Source: a virus
Taxonomy: Duplodnaviria > Caudoviricetes
Direction: 5' to 3' (one strand)
Length of the DNA stretch: 58,798 nt
Virus record (IMG/VR): IMGVR_UViG_3300031939_000002
Span: 1-58,798 of that record
The notes under the pieces were generated by a model. It searched no databases. It saw only the letters and a list, made by a program, of their open reading frames with translations, and had not been told where the DNA came from. The position numbers and the translations under genes were made by a program. This document shows, piece after piece, positions 10,601 through 18,806 of this stretch (position 1 is its first letter; each line of letters begins with the position of its first letter).

Positions 10601-12374
10601 GGGGGATCGCGGCGCCGCCGAAGCTCTTGCCGATCTCAACGAAATCGATCTTGGAGAGGGCGCCGACCAGGCGCTTCGTGAGGTCGGCGGTGTGCTGGCC
10701 GAGCCAGCCGATCGCCGTGGCCAGGCCGGATCCCAGCTTCGGCCCCAGCTTGCCCCAGTCGACGCCTTCGATGCCGCCGGTGACCGCCTTGCGGACGCTC
10801 TCCCCCAGCTGCTGCGCAGCCGACTTGGGAGGTGCCGCCTTCGGCTGCTTGACGAGCGGTGCGGCCAGCCCAGACCCGCCGTGTGGCATGGGGGCCAGCG
10901 CCGGGCCCCGCACGCCGGTCACGGGCGCGACCTGGCCGACACCGTAGTGCGGCCGCGGGGCCAGCGCCGTCCCGGGTCCCTTCGTCGCCGACGTCTGCGC
11001 CGATCCGAGGTGCGGCGCCCCGCCGTGCGGCTGCAGCACGGTCGTCGGGAATTTGTCCAGCGGCGACGCCGGCTTCTTCGCCTGGCCGCCGCCGGTGAGG
11101 CCCTTGAGGAACCCGCCGATACCGTTCCCGCCGGTCACCCCGGACAGGAAGCCGCCGACGGTCGACTGGACGTCGGCGATGCTCTGCTTGATCTTGCCGA
11201 CGGGTACCAAGCTCCCCATCGTCCGGCCGAAGCGGGCCGCGGTGGGGATCGCCTTGTCGTTGATGAACCCGACGAAACCGGTGATGGGCGGCAGGATGAC
11301 CAGGCCCAGCCGCACCGACGCCGACTCCAGGCCGGTCGTCAGCCGCGCCCACTCCGCCTGCGCGGTCTTCCTCTGCTGCTTGACCGCGTCATCGAACTTG
11401 CCGATGGAGTGGTTGATCTGCTCCTGCTTCTTGACCAGGACGTCCAGGTTGTTGAGCATCAGCAGGATGCCGGAGCTGGACCGGCCGCCGCCGAACGCCC
11501 GGGACAGCAGCTGCGACTGCTCGGCCGCGGACATCCCCGACTCGTCGAGGTGGTCCTTCAGCAGCGTCAGCGCGCCGATCAGCCCGTCCTTGCCGCGCAT
11601 GGCGTTGGCGAGCTGCAGCCCGGACAGACCGATCTTCTTCAGCTGCTTCTCGGCCGCGCCGGAGGGCGCGCCGAGCAGACTGAAGGACATGCGCAGCCGG
11701 GTCGCGGCGGACGCCGAGTCGATGCCCTCGTCGGTCATGAGGGCGAGTGCGGCGCCGACCTGCTGCATCGACAAGCCGAATGTCTTCGCGCTGGGCAGGA
11801 TGCCGGTGCCGATAGCGAGGTTGAACTGCTCCATCGACATGTTGCCGGCGCCGATGACCGCGTTGACCGTCGAAACCGCCTCATGGAAGGACGTGGCGCC
11901 CTTGATGCCGGTGCGCCAGGCGCCCGCGAGTGCGTTGGTGGTCTGCTCCAGGTCGGCGTGACCGACCGCGGCAAGGTCAGAGGCTTCGCGCAGCGCCTGC
12001 ATGGCCTGGACGTTGTCCATGCCGACGCTCTTCAGGTGGTACAGCGAGTCGGCGAGGGCCTTCGGCCCCTGCTGGACCTTTCCGCCCAGCTTGAGGACCT
12101 GGTCCGAGAGGACCCTCACGTCCTTCGTGGTGCCGCCGGCCTGGGTGGAGATGCGGGTCATCTCCGCCTGGAAGTCGGTGGCGGCCTTCGCCGACACGGC
12201 ACCGATGCCGGCCACGGCCATCGTGCCGACGGCGAGCCCCTTCTTGATGGCCGCGCCAACGGCGACGCTGGCCTTCTCCAGCTTCGACGCCGAGCTGCCG
12301 ACCTGCCCGAAGGTCTTGCTCGCCCGGTCGCGCGCGACCAGGTCGTACAGAACGCGAGTGGTCGTCGACGACAT
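7644..12374 (-). CDS. Tape measure protein (TP901-like) with SLT lytic transglycosylase domain
   Basis: 1576 aa; IEMESSGDPTAIN..SRGLMQ..YDPLANVYAGINY; AWVGERGPELV. Confidence 0.95.
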   Translation of the reverse strand: MSSTTTRVLYDLVARDRASKTFGQVGSSASKLEKASVAVGAAIKKGLAVGTMAVAGIGAVSAKAATDFQAEMTRISTQAGGTTKDVRVLSDQVLKLGGKVQQGPKALADSLYHLKSVGMDNVQAMQALREASDLAAVGHADLEQTTNALAGAWRTGIKGATSFHEAVSTVNAVIGAGNMSMEQFNLAIGTGILPSAKTFGLSMQQVGAALALMTDEGIDSASAATRLRMSFSLLGAPSGAAEKQLKKIGLSGLQLANAMRGKDGLIGALTLLKDHLDESGMSAAEQSQLLSRAFGGGRSSSGILLMLNNLDVLVKKQEQINHSIGKFDDAVKQQRKTAQAEWARLTTGLESASVRLGLVILPPITGFVGFINDKAIPTAARFGRTMGSLVPVGKIKQSIADVQSTVGGFLSGVTGGNGIGGFLKGLTGGGQAKKPASPLDKFPTTVLQPHGGAPHLGSAQTSATKGPGTALAPRPHYGVGQVAPVTGVRGPALAPMPHGGSGLAAPLVKQPKAAPPKSAAQQLGESVRKAVTGGIEGVDWGKLGPKLGSGLATAIGWLGQHTADLTKRLVGALSKIDFVEIGKSFGGAAIPLAIGFITNLFSPLFSLDFWKKHWLDTIIAVISVIPIGRLAGGLAKIFEHIPILKIFEPVLSGISKLGGWIEKGLSKVFGPFKRGVVDGFRRAFPEAAAALEREAGLITTRLGLWGLKLLDTGSKAARALGSGIERGISWVTEKALGLGKAVVSPFAKAGGWLLGKGRDLILGLTRGIAERASGIGSWIWARTGRPAVDAFKNAGSWLLSKGKALVSGVRTGVVDGAKGIGSWAWNRIAKPQLDMFRNAGSWLVSKGRSLVSGIRSGVVNGAKGIGSWAWNKIAKPQLDAFKNAGSWLRDKGGALISGMKNGIVDKIKGIGKWAKQNIVDPVVDAVKTFFGIKSPSRVFMGIGGHLISGLMKGMATTNGKQIATTVFGDLPSALGSIVGKGLISVSKLPSKAMNALAGLGSKLGGLFKGLFGGGGDSKGVSRWSETVATALGLLGAPASALPAVLKRIEMESSGDPTAINLTDINAQRGDPSRGLMQTIGSTFNAYAGPFRSRGIYDPLANVYAGINYAMHAYGSNWINVMTRPGGYARGTRGAARGLAWVGERGPELVNFSGGEDVLSHPDSVAFAQAHGIRLPGYASGTILNAADRVKRDRQAVEDAKDALSRAKRRHKGEAAAQKKLEAAEKELKAAEIALSNAKRSAKTSISNTINTGLLKTLETGTSSSIASAIKSLATKLLNAGYNKTASAIQKKGSQLETLANKRASIQSTINAANQYASDQTTKINDFLSISGTSATSVGGLISQMTGQQKTASNFVALTKSLKARGASKELLQQLEDAGPGSQLATILGDKNVKQSDIAKLNGLVKSGGKLATSFGKDMADLMFDSGKDAGKGFLAGLKAQQKALQKQMDVLAKALVDQIKKSLKIKSPSVVMRDQVGKQVALGMAVGMDRHRPHVAAAGRRLATTAYAASAGGSSARANAAFGYLAQLINSGQLGGSEVHVHFDDPTLKDLIRVTTTPMIKASADRQAYRANVGRR
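9690..10135 (-). repeat. 135-bp (45-aa) tandem repeats in tape measure protein
   Basis: cagccacgatccggcgtt at 9711 and 9846; units start KAGGWLLGKG / NAGSWLLSKG / NAGSWLVSKG / NAGSWLRDKG. Confidence 0.85.
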
Positions 12375-12446
12375 GCCGCGGCACCTCCCCTCGAGGGGTC
12401 GTGACGCGGCACGGGCCGGTCAGTGGGTCAGTCGGTCAGGGGTGGG

Positions 12447-12929
12447 TCAGGAGATCTTCTTGGCCACACGGTCGATGGCCTTGTTGACCTGCACCCGAGA
12501 GGCGAGCCCCAGCGGGCGCACCGTCTTGAAGAAGTAGGGCTTCGGGTCCTGCTTGACCCAGTTCTCGCGGTTGCCGTACACGGGGTGCCGCCAGGGCTTC
12601 TTCAGGCCCTCCATGTACGCCTGGACCGCCCGGGCCCGATTGGGCATCTTGCGGCCGTCGACGCGGATCCGGACGCCCGCGTCCCGCCCAGCGGTCCGCA
12701 CCTCGAGCTTCACGGCCTTCGACATGTGCCCGCGCAGCCCGGAGGCGCTGTAGCCGCGCTTCGAGGGGATCTGCCGGATCGCCTGTCGCACGGCCGGCAC
12801 CATCGGCCTGGCTGCCGCTCGCAGCTCCTTGGTGAACTCCTGCTTGAGTGCCTTGTTGTTCATCCGTCGCAGCTCGGCGCCGATCCGCTTCAGGTCCTTG
12901 CCGGTACGGAGCTCCAAATCGGCGACCAT
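12447..12929 (-). CDS. Putative tail completion protein (HK97 gp10-like)
   Basis: Basic 160 aa; WRHPVYGNRENWVKQ..PYFF; AAGGAGG RBS. Confidence 0.7.
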   Translation of the reverse strand: MVADLELRTGKDLKRIGAELRRMNNKALKQEFTKELRAAARPMVPAVRQAIRQIPSKRGYSASGLRGHMSKAVKLEVRTAGRDAGVRIRVDGRKMPNRARAVQAYMEGLKKPWRHPVYGNRENWVKQDPKPYFFKTVRPLGLASRVQVNKAIDRVAKKIS

Positions 12930-13014
12930 ACGCGCCCTCCTTGATCGAGTTGACCGGGTATGAGGGCGGTGGGACCATCCCGCCAACTACGCACGGAAAC
13001 AGGGGGGATGAGGC

Positions 13015-13485
13015 ATGCGCCTGCGAGACGCCAAGGAGCAGATCGAGCGTGAGCGACCGGACCTCACCGGCAACGCCAAGCTGGAAGCGATCAAGGCGCT
13101 GCGCGCATCGGCGGCGGGTCGTGAGCAAAAGGGCGGCGGCGCAGCCGGTACTCACTGTGTGCACTGCGACCAGGCGGTGAAGCCGATCCAGCACAGGGGA
13201 TGGATGTTCCTCGCCTGGCTCACTCTGTGCGAGCTGGGCGCCGTGATCGCGGCGGTCGTGGCCGCCGTGCGCCCGTACGCCCCCGAGGACGCGAGCGCGG
13301 GTGGTGTCGGATGGCTGCTGGTGTGGCCGGCGGCCGTCCACCCCGCGGGGCTGGGGCTGGCGGCTGCAGTCGCCGCATTCCTCGCGGCCGCCGCGCTGAC
13401 GGGTGCGGCCAGCGGGCGCGCGGAGAAGAACGCCACGTGTCCCCTGTGCGGCCGGCGCCTGGGGGCCGAGTCCCCGGCTTCCTAG
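13015..13485 (+). CDS. Membrane zinc-ribbon protein (split CxxC...CxxC), opposite orientation to tail operon
   Basis: HCVHC, hydrophobic segments, CPLC; GAGG RBS. Confidence 0.75.
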   Translation: MRLRDAKEQIERERPDLTGNAKLEAIKALRASAAGREQKGGGAAGTHCVHCDQAVKPIQHRGWMFLAWLTLCELGAVIAAVVAAVRPYAPEDASAGGVGWLLVWPAAVHPAGLGLAAAVAAFLAAAALTGAASGRAEKNATCPLCGRRLGAESPAS

Positions 13486-13670
13486 GTGAGGGACTCGGCT
13501 TCCTTGGCGAGGTGGTCGCACAGCTCGGCGAGCACGTCGAACTCGTCGAGCGTCAGCTCTCCGACGTCTCGGGGGCGGTACTTGAACTGGTAGGCGAAGG
13601 ATCCGAGGTAGGTGAAGTATCTGACGTCGGGGTCGTCGGCCCACTGTCGCCAGACACGGGAGTAGGGTCC
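13482..13670 (-). CDS. Frameshift extension (T) of tail assembly chaperone
   Basis: -1 frame from GGACCCTAC reads GPYSRVWRQWADDPDVRYFTYLGSFAYQFKYRPRDVGELTLDEFDVLAELCDHLAKEAESLT*. Confidence 0.7.
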   Translation of the reverse strand, partial: GPYSRVWRQWADDPDVRYFTYLGSFAYQFKYRPRDVGELTLDEFDVLAELCDHLAKEAESLT

Positions 13671-13984
13671 GGCTGTTCCCCGGCCGCCTGGCCGTCACCG
13701 CTCTGCTCGTCGGCGTCGTCCTCGGCGTCCGGGTCCGTCACTTCGAAGTCGAAGTCGTGGTAGTCCAGGGTGTCGAGGTCAGAGAACCGGAGGTTCTCGC
13801 CGGCGCGCTTCTTGGCCAGGTAGATCAGTGCGGCGCAGGCGTCGGGGTCCCCCTCATCGAGTGCGGCCAGCCACCGCGGCGGCGTGAAGCCGGTGTACGT
13901 CTTGAGTTCGCGGGCCTCCGCGACCAGGAGCCGGTCGCTGTCCCACTCGTACTCGGTGCCCTCGACCTTGAGCTTGATGATCAC
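13553..13984 (-). CDS. Tail assembly chaperone (G)
   Basis: After major tail gene; acidic; low-complexity S/T/P tail after QPDPT. Confidence 0.8.
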   Translation of the reverse strand: MIIKLKVEGTEYEWDSDRLLVAEARELKTYTGFTPPRWLAALDEGDPDACAALIYLAKKRAGENLRFSDLDTLDYHDFDFEVTDPDAEDDADEQSGDGQAAGEQPDPTPVSGDSGPTTPTSDTSPTSDPSPTSSSTAPETSES

Positions 13985-15012
13985 AGTGTTGCGTCTCCCG
14001 AGACGATGCGGACCTGGATGGGCGGGTTGGACTCGTCGCTGTAGGCCTCGAAGTCGGTGCTCATGCTGACGATGTCGGGGCCGCCGACGTTCGGGCTGGC
14101 CGACTTCAGCTTCACCGCCGGCAGGATGACTTCCACCAGGTCGTTGCTGCCCGAAGCGCCGATCGGGTCACCGGTGAGGGTGAGGACCAGGGGCAGCGTG
14201 TCGTTGGCCGTGAAGTGGTCGTAGAGCTCAGACTTGCTGAATTCGGCGTTCAACGACCCGGTGATCGTGGGGGTGTCGTTCTCCAGCTGCTCCGACTTCA
14301 GACCGCTGTTGCCGATGCCGTAGCGGTCCGTGGCCATCGGCGCCGCACCCTGCACGCTGACCTCGGTGACGACGGTGGCCACCGCCGTGCCGCCGGTGAC
14401 TGTGGTCTTGCCGGAGGCCGTGGCCGCGGTCCCGCCGAGCGTGAGCGTCGCCTTGGCGAAGGTGAAGACCTTCGCCCCGCTGGGGTAGCTGGCGGCGGCC
14501 AGCGCAGTCGCTGTGTCCTCGCTGCGGCCATCGAGGGTGAGCTTCAGGGTGGGGATCGCGTTGTCGGAGACCGTCAGCTCCCACTGCGACACCTTGCACC
14601 CTGCATAGGTGAACGGCCGTACGGTGCCCGTGGCCGGCTCGGGCCGGCCCACCTGGATCGTGAGGCCCTTGCCGCGGAAGTCACCCGGCGTGTGCACTTG
14701 CTCGGTCGCCGGGGATGTGAGCGTGGTCGGCGTGCTCACCGACGAGCCGAGGGCGTGCTTCCACAGCAGGCCCATGCCCTTCGTGGAGTGCTCCAGGGTG
14801 ATATCCCCGGACACGCTCCGGCGGGAGATGGACACGCGAGAGGCCCGCTTGTACTTCTGGCCGGCGCGCAGCCCGGTCGGCTCCAGGAAGGACGGGTCGA
14901 GCTTGAGGCCCTCGTCGTTGAACTCGTACGCGTGGTCGGGCGTCACCGCGGTGCCCCACGTGGACTCCGTGCCGACCATCAGCTGTGCGTCCAGACCCGA
15001 TCCGGTCGCCAT
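13981..15012 (-). CDS. Major tail tube protein
   Basis: 343 aa; LMVGTESTWGTAVTP, LTIQVGRP, FTYAGCKVSQWEL. Confidence 0.88.
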   Translation of the reverse strand: MATGSGLDAQLMVGTESTWGTAVTPDHAYEFNDEGLKLDPSFLEPTGLRAGQKYKRASRVSISRRSVSGDITLEHSTKGMGLLWKHALGSSVSTPTTLTSPATEQVHTPGDFRGKGLTIQVGRPEPATGTVRPFTYAGCKVSQWELTVSDNAIPTLKLTLDGRSEDTATALAAASYPSGAKVFTFAKATLTLGGTAATASGKTTVTGGTAVATVVTEVSVQGAAPMATDRYGIGNSGLKSEQLENDTPTITGSLNAEFSKSELYDHFTANDTLPLVLTLTGDPIGASGSNDLVEVILPAVKLKSASPNVGGPDIVSMSTDFEAYSDESNPPIQVRIVSGDATL

Positions 15013-15272
15013 CAGCTGTCACCACCCTTCTCTTCGGCCGAGTCCGCGGCAGCCGCGGCCTTCCTCGTGCTGGACTTCTCGAGCGCCCAGCGGCTCTTCG
15101 GGAAGGCGCGGGCGCGGTCGCCCTCGCCGAGGATGTACGCGTCGTCGGTCTCCTCAACGGGTCCGGCGACGGTCACGATCTGCCCCTCGTCGACGGGCAG
15201 GCTGTTGGGGCTGTCCGGGGGCGCGTACAGGTGCACGGCCTCCCCGAGGTTGCGCAGGCGTACGGCGCCCAT
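15012..15272 (-). CDS. Hypothetical virion-module protein
   Basis: MGAVRLRNLGE...; AAGGAG RBS. Confidence 0.7.
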   Translation of the reverse strand: MGAVRLRNLGEAVHLYAPPDSPNSLPVDEGQIVTVAGPVEETDDAYILGEGDRARAFPKSRWALEKSSTRKAAAAADSAEEKGGDS

Positions 15273-15295
15273 GCGGGTCTCCTTCGTGGGGCGGG

Positions 15296-15760
15296 TCAGA
15301 TGCGGGTGGAGCAGGCCAGAGTGAAGGGCATGCGCCCCTGGACCCCGTTGGTGGTCTGCTCGGTGTGGAAGCTGGTCTCCGAGATGGAGCACACGGTGGG
15401 CGGCGGCAGGCCGAGTGCCGGATCCGCGCGCACCGCGGCCTCGACAGCGGCGAAGATCTGGAACACGCGACTGCGGCAAGGCTTCACGTCGGTGCTGCCG
15501 CGCCGCACGAGGATGGCGCAGGTCAGGAGGATGTCCTCGTTCTTCGCATGCGCGCCGAGCCCGGCCCACTGCTGGGTCGTGGACGTGGTGGCGAACTCGC
15601 CATCGGGGTCGCCGTCGTAGCCGACGAACACCCAGTCGCTCGCGGCGGAGTCGGTGACGAGGGGCCCGTCGACGATGCGAACGCCGCCCAGGTCGGCTGA
15701 GGCCTGGAGGGCAGCCACGACCGCGTCGATCAGCTCGGGCACGCGCGAGGGCGCCGTCAT
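15296..15760 (-). CDS. Tail terminator
   Basis: VEAAVRADPALG motif; synteny. Confidence 0.75.
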   Translation of the reverse strand: MTAPSRVPELIDAVVAALQASADLGGVRIVDGPLVTDSAASDWVFVGYDGDPDGEFATTSTTQQWAGLGAHAKNEDILLTCAILVRRGSTDVKPCRSRVFQIFAAVEAAVRADPALGLPPPTVCSISETSFHTEQTTNGVQGRMPFTLACSTRI

Positions 15761-16303
15761 CTACGCCACCCCCGGCAGTGGTGTGTCCAGCAGCTCGGCA
15801 GCCCGGTTCGGGATGGCGTAGCCGGCCGGGACCGGTATGTCGCCGCCGCCCGGCATGGCGCCGGACCGGCCTCGCTGGGTCTCCCACAGGTGCTGGATGA
15901 CGATCAGCGCGGCGAGCTGGATGTTCGCCGGGATCACCGCCATGCCGGCTTGGTAGATGGCCACGACGGTGCCGGTGAACGGCGGGCCGGACAGCAGGGT
16001 GACACGGCCCGATTCCGGGTCCAGGTGCGTCACGGTCGGGTCCACGCTCCAGGTCTGCGCTCCGTCGGCTGAGATGAGCGACGTCAGCGACACGACGGGC
16101 ACCGACTGCAGCAGGAACGAGGCGCGGCGGCCAGTGACGGCGATCTCGTCGGTGACCGTGCGAGGCTCGACGACCCGGCCGAGCTCCCGTTCGATGGGGG
16201 CCGTGACCGCGTCGATGTACCGCTGCAGCTCCACATCGGCGCTGGTGTCGTCAGCGTCGAGGTTCAGCTGCAGCTTCGCATCGGCCAGCGTCACGATCGC
16301 CAC
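15761..16303 (-). CDS. Head-tail connector (gp6-like)
   Basis: IVTLADAKLQL..IPANIQLAALIVIQHLWETQR. Confidence 0.85.
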   Translation of the reverse strand: MAIVTLADAKLQLNLDADDTSADVELQRYIDAVTAPIERELGRVVEPRTVTDEIAVTGRRASFLLQSVPVVSLTSLISADGAQTWSVDPTVTHLDPESGRVTLLSGPPFTGTVVAIYQAGMAVIPANIQLAALIVIQHLWETQRGRSGAMPGGGDIPVPAGYAIPNRAAELLDTPLPGVA

Positions 16304-16330
16304 ACGTCACCTCCAGGCAGTTGGGGCTGG

Positions 16331-16687
16331 CTACTTGCTGTCGCCCTGCGGCTTCGCCGCGGCTGTCTTCGCCGCCGTCGTCTTCCGCGCAGTCGTCTGG
16401 GAGGTCGTCTTCTTCGCCGCCGCGGGCGCCGAGTCGGTTGTGAGCGGCTTCTTCTCGCCGTCCTCCTCCGACTTCTGCTGCTCCTGCTTCGGTTCCTGGC
16501 GCTTCTCGGCGTCGTCCGCCGGCGTCGCGGTCTCGACCTTGTGGTCCTTGTCGCCGACGGGCTCGGCGATGCCGGCCGCGCACATGTCGGCGGCTTCGGC
16601 GGCGGGGACGTCGACGGTCTCGCCGCGGCGCGGCCACGGCTTGCCGTTGCGGGACCCGGAGACGTCGGCCTTCATGCGGATCTTCAT
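16331..16687 (-). CDS. Hypothetical head-module protein
   Basis: MKIRMKADVSGSRNGKPWPRRGETVDV; K/T/A-rich tail. Confidence 0.75.
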   Translation of the reverse strand: MKIRMKADVSGSRNGKPWPRRGETVDVPAAEAADMCAAGIAEPVGDKDHKVETATPADDAEKRQEPKQEQQKSEEDGEKKPLTTDSAPAAAKKTTSQTTARKTTAAKTAAAKPQGDSK

Positions 16688-16696
16688 GATGGGCTC

Positions 16697-17179
16697 CTAA
16701 GCGATCAGCTCGGCGTCGCGCATAGCGGCGAGCGCAGCGTTCAGGGCAGTCCGCAGCTGGTCGTCGGCGCTGCCGTCCACGGCCAGGTCGGCGATCGCGG
16801 CTCCGGCCGCCCACTGGTGTTCGGTGTCGTCCAGCACGAGCGACGGGCCGGTGGTGCCGCCCGCGATGATGCCGGTGGCGCGCAGCACGTTCAGCACGTT
16901 GCCGATCGCGGTACGCGCGGCGGTGTCGGTGGTGGTGCCGCCTGTGGGGCCCGCGATGGCCGGGCCGAGGACGACCTTGCGCATAGAGGCGTTCCACTGG
17001 TGGCCGATGTTGACGTGCGTGCCGCCGGCGATGACGCCCGCGTTGCGCAGCGCGGCCAGGATCGATGACACAGCGGTGCGCGCCTGGCTGTCGGTGGTGG
17101 TGCCGCCGGACGGGTCGGCGATGGCCGCGTGATGCACCCATTGCCCGGTCGCCTGGTTGAACACCTTCGGCTGCGGCAT
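16697..17179 (-). CDS. Putative head decoration/fibre protein with three internal repeats
   Basis: AIAxPxGGTTTDxxARTA..L..LRxxGxIA repeated three times; directly after capsid gene. Confidence 0.7.
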   Translation of the reverse strand: MPQPKVFNQATGQWVHHAAIADPSGGTTTDSQARTAVSSILAALRNAGVIAGGTHVNIGHQWNASMRKVVLGPAIAGPTGGTTTDTAARTAIGNVLNVLRATGIIAGGTTGPSLVLDDTEHQWAAGAAIADLAVDGSADDQLRTALNAALAAMRDAELIA

Positions 17180-17244
17180 CGGCGGTCCTTCCTGCTGAAG
17201 AGTGGACGGCGCGGGCGCCCGCCGGGACGCCCGCGCCGTGTGTG

Positions 17245-18519
17245 TCAGCTCGCGCCGCCGCGGAACGTCTTGACGGCGCCGGTGAGGTCGACCAGGGCGC
17301 CGTCCGCGCGCATCAGCGCCCGGAAAGTGACGAGGTCGGTGTCGAAGGCGAACTCGTCGGAGCGCTCGAAGCGGACGCCGCCCGCGAGGCGGACGAAGTA
17401 CTGGGCCATGTCGCCGAAGATCACCGACTTGGCGTTCAGGCCGACCGCGGCGACGTTCGGTTCGGTCAGGACCGGCTTGCCGAGGATGGTGTCCGGCACG
17501 CCGACCTGGAGGCCCGGCTGCCACAGGTACTGGCCCGTGGTGTCCTTCAGCTTGCGGACCGCGGCGATCGAGGTGTCCGCCATCATCCAGCGCGCTGCCG
17601 GCGAGTTGCGGTACGGGGCGATCACCGAGAAGAAGAGGTCGATGATGTCGTCCGGGGTGAACCCGCCGGTGACGCCGGTCCCGCCGGTGACGCCCACGGT
17701 GGCGTCGGTGACGAGGCCGCGTGGCTTCGAGGTGCCGTCACCGGTGATGGCGTGCGCCCCGAAAGCGTTGCCCAGGGCCCGGCCGGCCTGCATAGCGAGG
17801 TAGCCCTCGAGGTCGACGCCCGTGTCGTCCAGCAGCTCGCGGCTGATCTGGATCAGGCAGCCGTACTTGTAGGCGCCGAGCTCGACCTGACCGAACGCCG
17901 GGTCGGACTCGGGGATCTGGCCGCCTTCGGGGGTGATCGACGCCGTGCTGTGGGCGGTGGTCTTCGGGACCTGGATGGTCTCGCCGCCGTCCGTGTTCAG
18001 GACGGTCGCACCCGACTGCAGGATCGCGCTGTTCTGGATCAGGTGCACGATCAGGCGGTCGTAGAAAGTCGTCGGGACCGTGTCGCCGCCGGCGGTGGCG
18101 GTGCCGACGGTGAGCGCGCGCTGCTGGAGCGAGCGCCAGTCGATGCGGCCCTTCGGGCGCACGTCGAAGAAACGGCTTCGGGTCTCGCCGCGCATCCACG
18201 CCCGCAGCTCGGCGTTGTCACCCTCGGCCGGGGCGCTGCCACGCTTTCCGTCGCCCGGACCGCCGTCGCCCGGGCCGCCGCCGCGGCCGCCGTGCAGCCG
18301 GTCGAAGGCCGCGTCGGCGTCCTTCGCGCGCTGCTCGGTGTCGAGGGCCGCCTTGATGCGCTCGTCGAGCTTGTCGAGCTCCTCGCTCATCACGTCCCAC
18401 TGGCCCTGTTCCTCGGCCGTGAGGTTGCGGTTCTCCTCGGTGCTGCGGTCTGCGATGCCCTTCATCTGCTCCCAGACCTGGCCGCGGCGCTCCCGCAGCT
18501 TCTTCACCATGTCCGACAT
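17245..18519 (-). CDS. Major capsid protein, HK97 fold
   Basis: Coiled-coil delta domain; GGDTVP, ISRELLDD, GDGTSKPRG, LKDTTGQYLW, FGD. Confidence 0.95.
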   Translation of the reverse strand: MSDMVKKLRERRGQVWEQMKGIADRSTEENRNLTAEEQGQWDVMSEELDKLDERIKAALDTEQRAKDADAAFDRLHGGRGGGPGDGGPGDGKRGSAPAEGDNAELRAWMRGETRSRFFDVRPKGRIDWRSLQQRALTVGTATAGGDTVPTTFYDRLIVHLIQNSAILQSGATVLNTDGGETIQVPKTTAHSTASITPEGGQIPESDPAFGQVELGAYKYGCLIQISRELLDDTGVDLEGYLAMQAGRALGNAFGAHAITGDGTSKPRGLVTDATVGVTGGTGVTGGFTPDDIIDLFFSVIAPYRNSPAARWMMADTSIAAVRKLKDTTGQYLWQPGLQVGVPDTILGKPVLTEPNVAAVGLNAKSVIFGDMAQYFVRLAGGVRFERSDEFAFDTDLVTFRALMRADGALVDLTGAVKTFRGGAS

Positions 18520-18806
18520 GGGTGGACTCCCGTCCGATCGAATTCGAGATCTCGACCGGGAGCCCTCGCGGTCCCGCACCCCTGGGGGTGCCGGTGGCCG
18601 GCGCCTCTTCGCAACCGGCGGTCCGCTGATCCCTCTCCGTGTCACACGCGGCCCGTTGTGTGCTTCGCCGCACCCAGAGCGGACGCCGACCGGGGGTTGC
18701 CCAAGTCGGCGCCGTGGCGGTGTGGTTACGCGGTCCAGGACGGTCGTGCCGCCCCCGTGTGTGCGGGGGTCTTGGTGGTGCAGTGCGTACGTAGCCCGCG
18801 GGGGGC

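Noticed and set aside
9540-12404. Very long + strand ORFs opposite structural genes (also 17242-19017, 21270-22736, 32888-34621)
   Set aside because: Antisense shadows of high-GC coding genes; no recognisable motifs.
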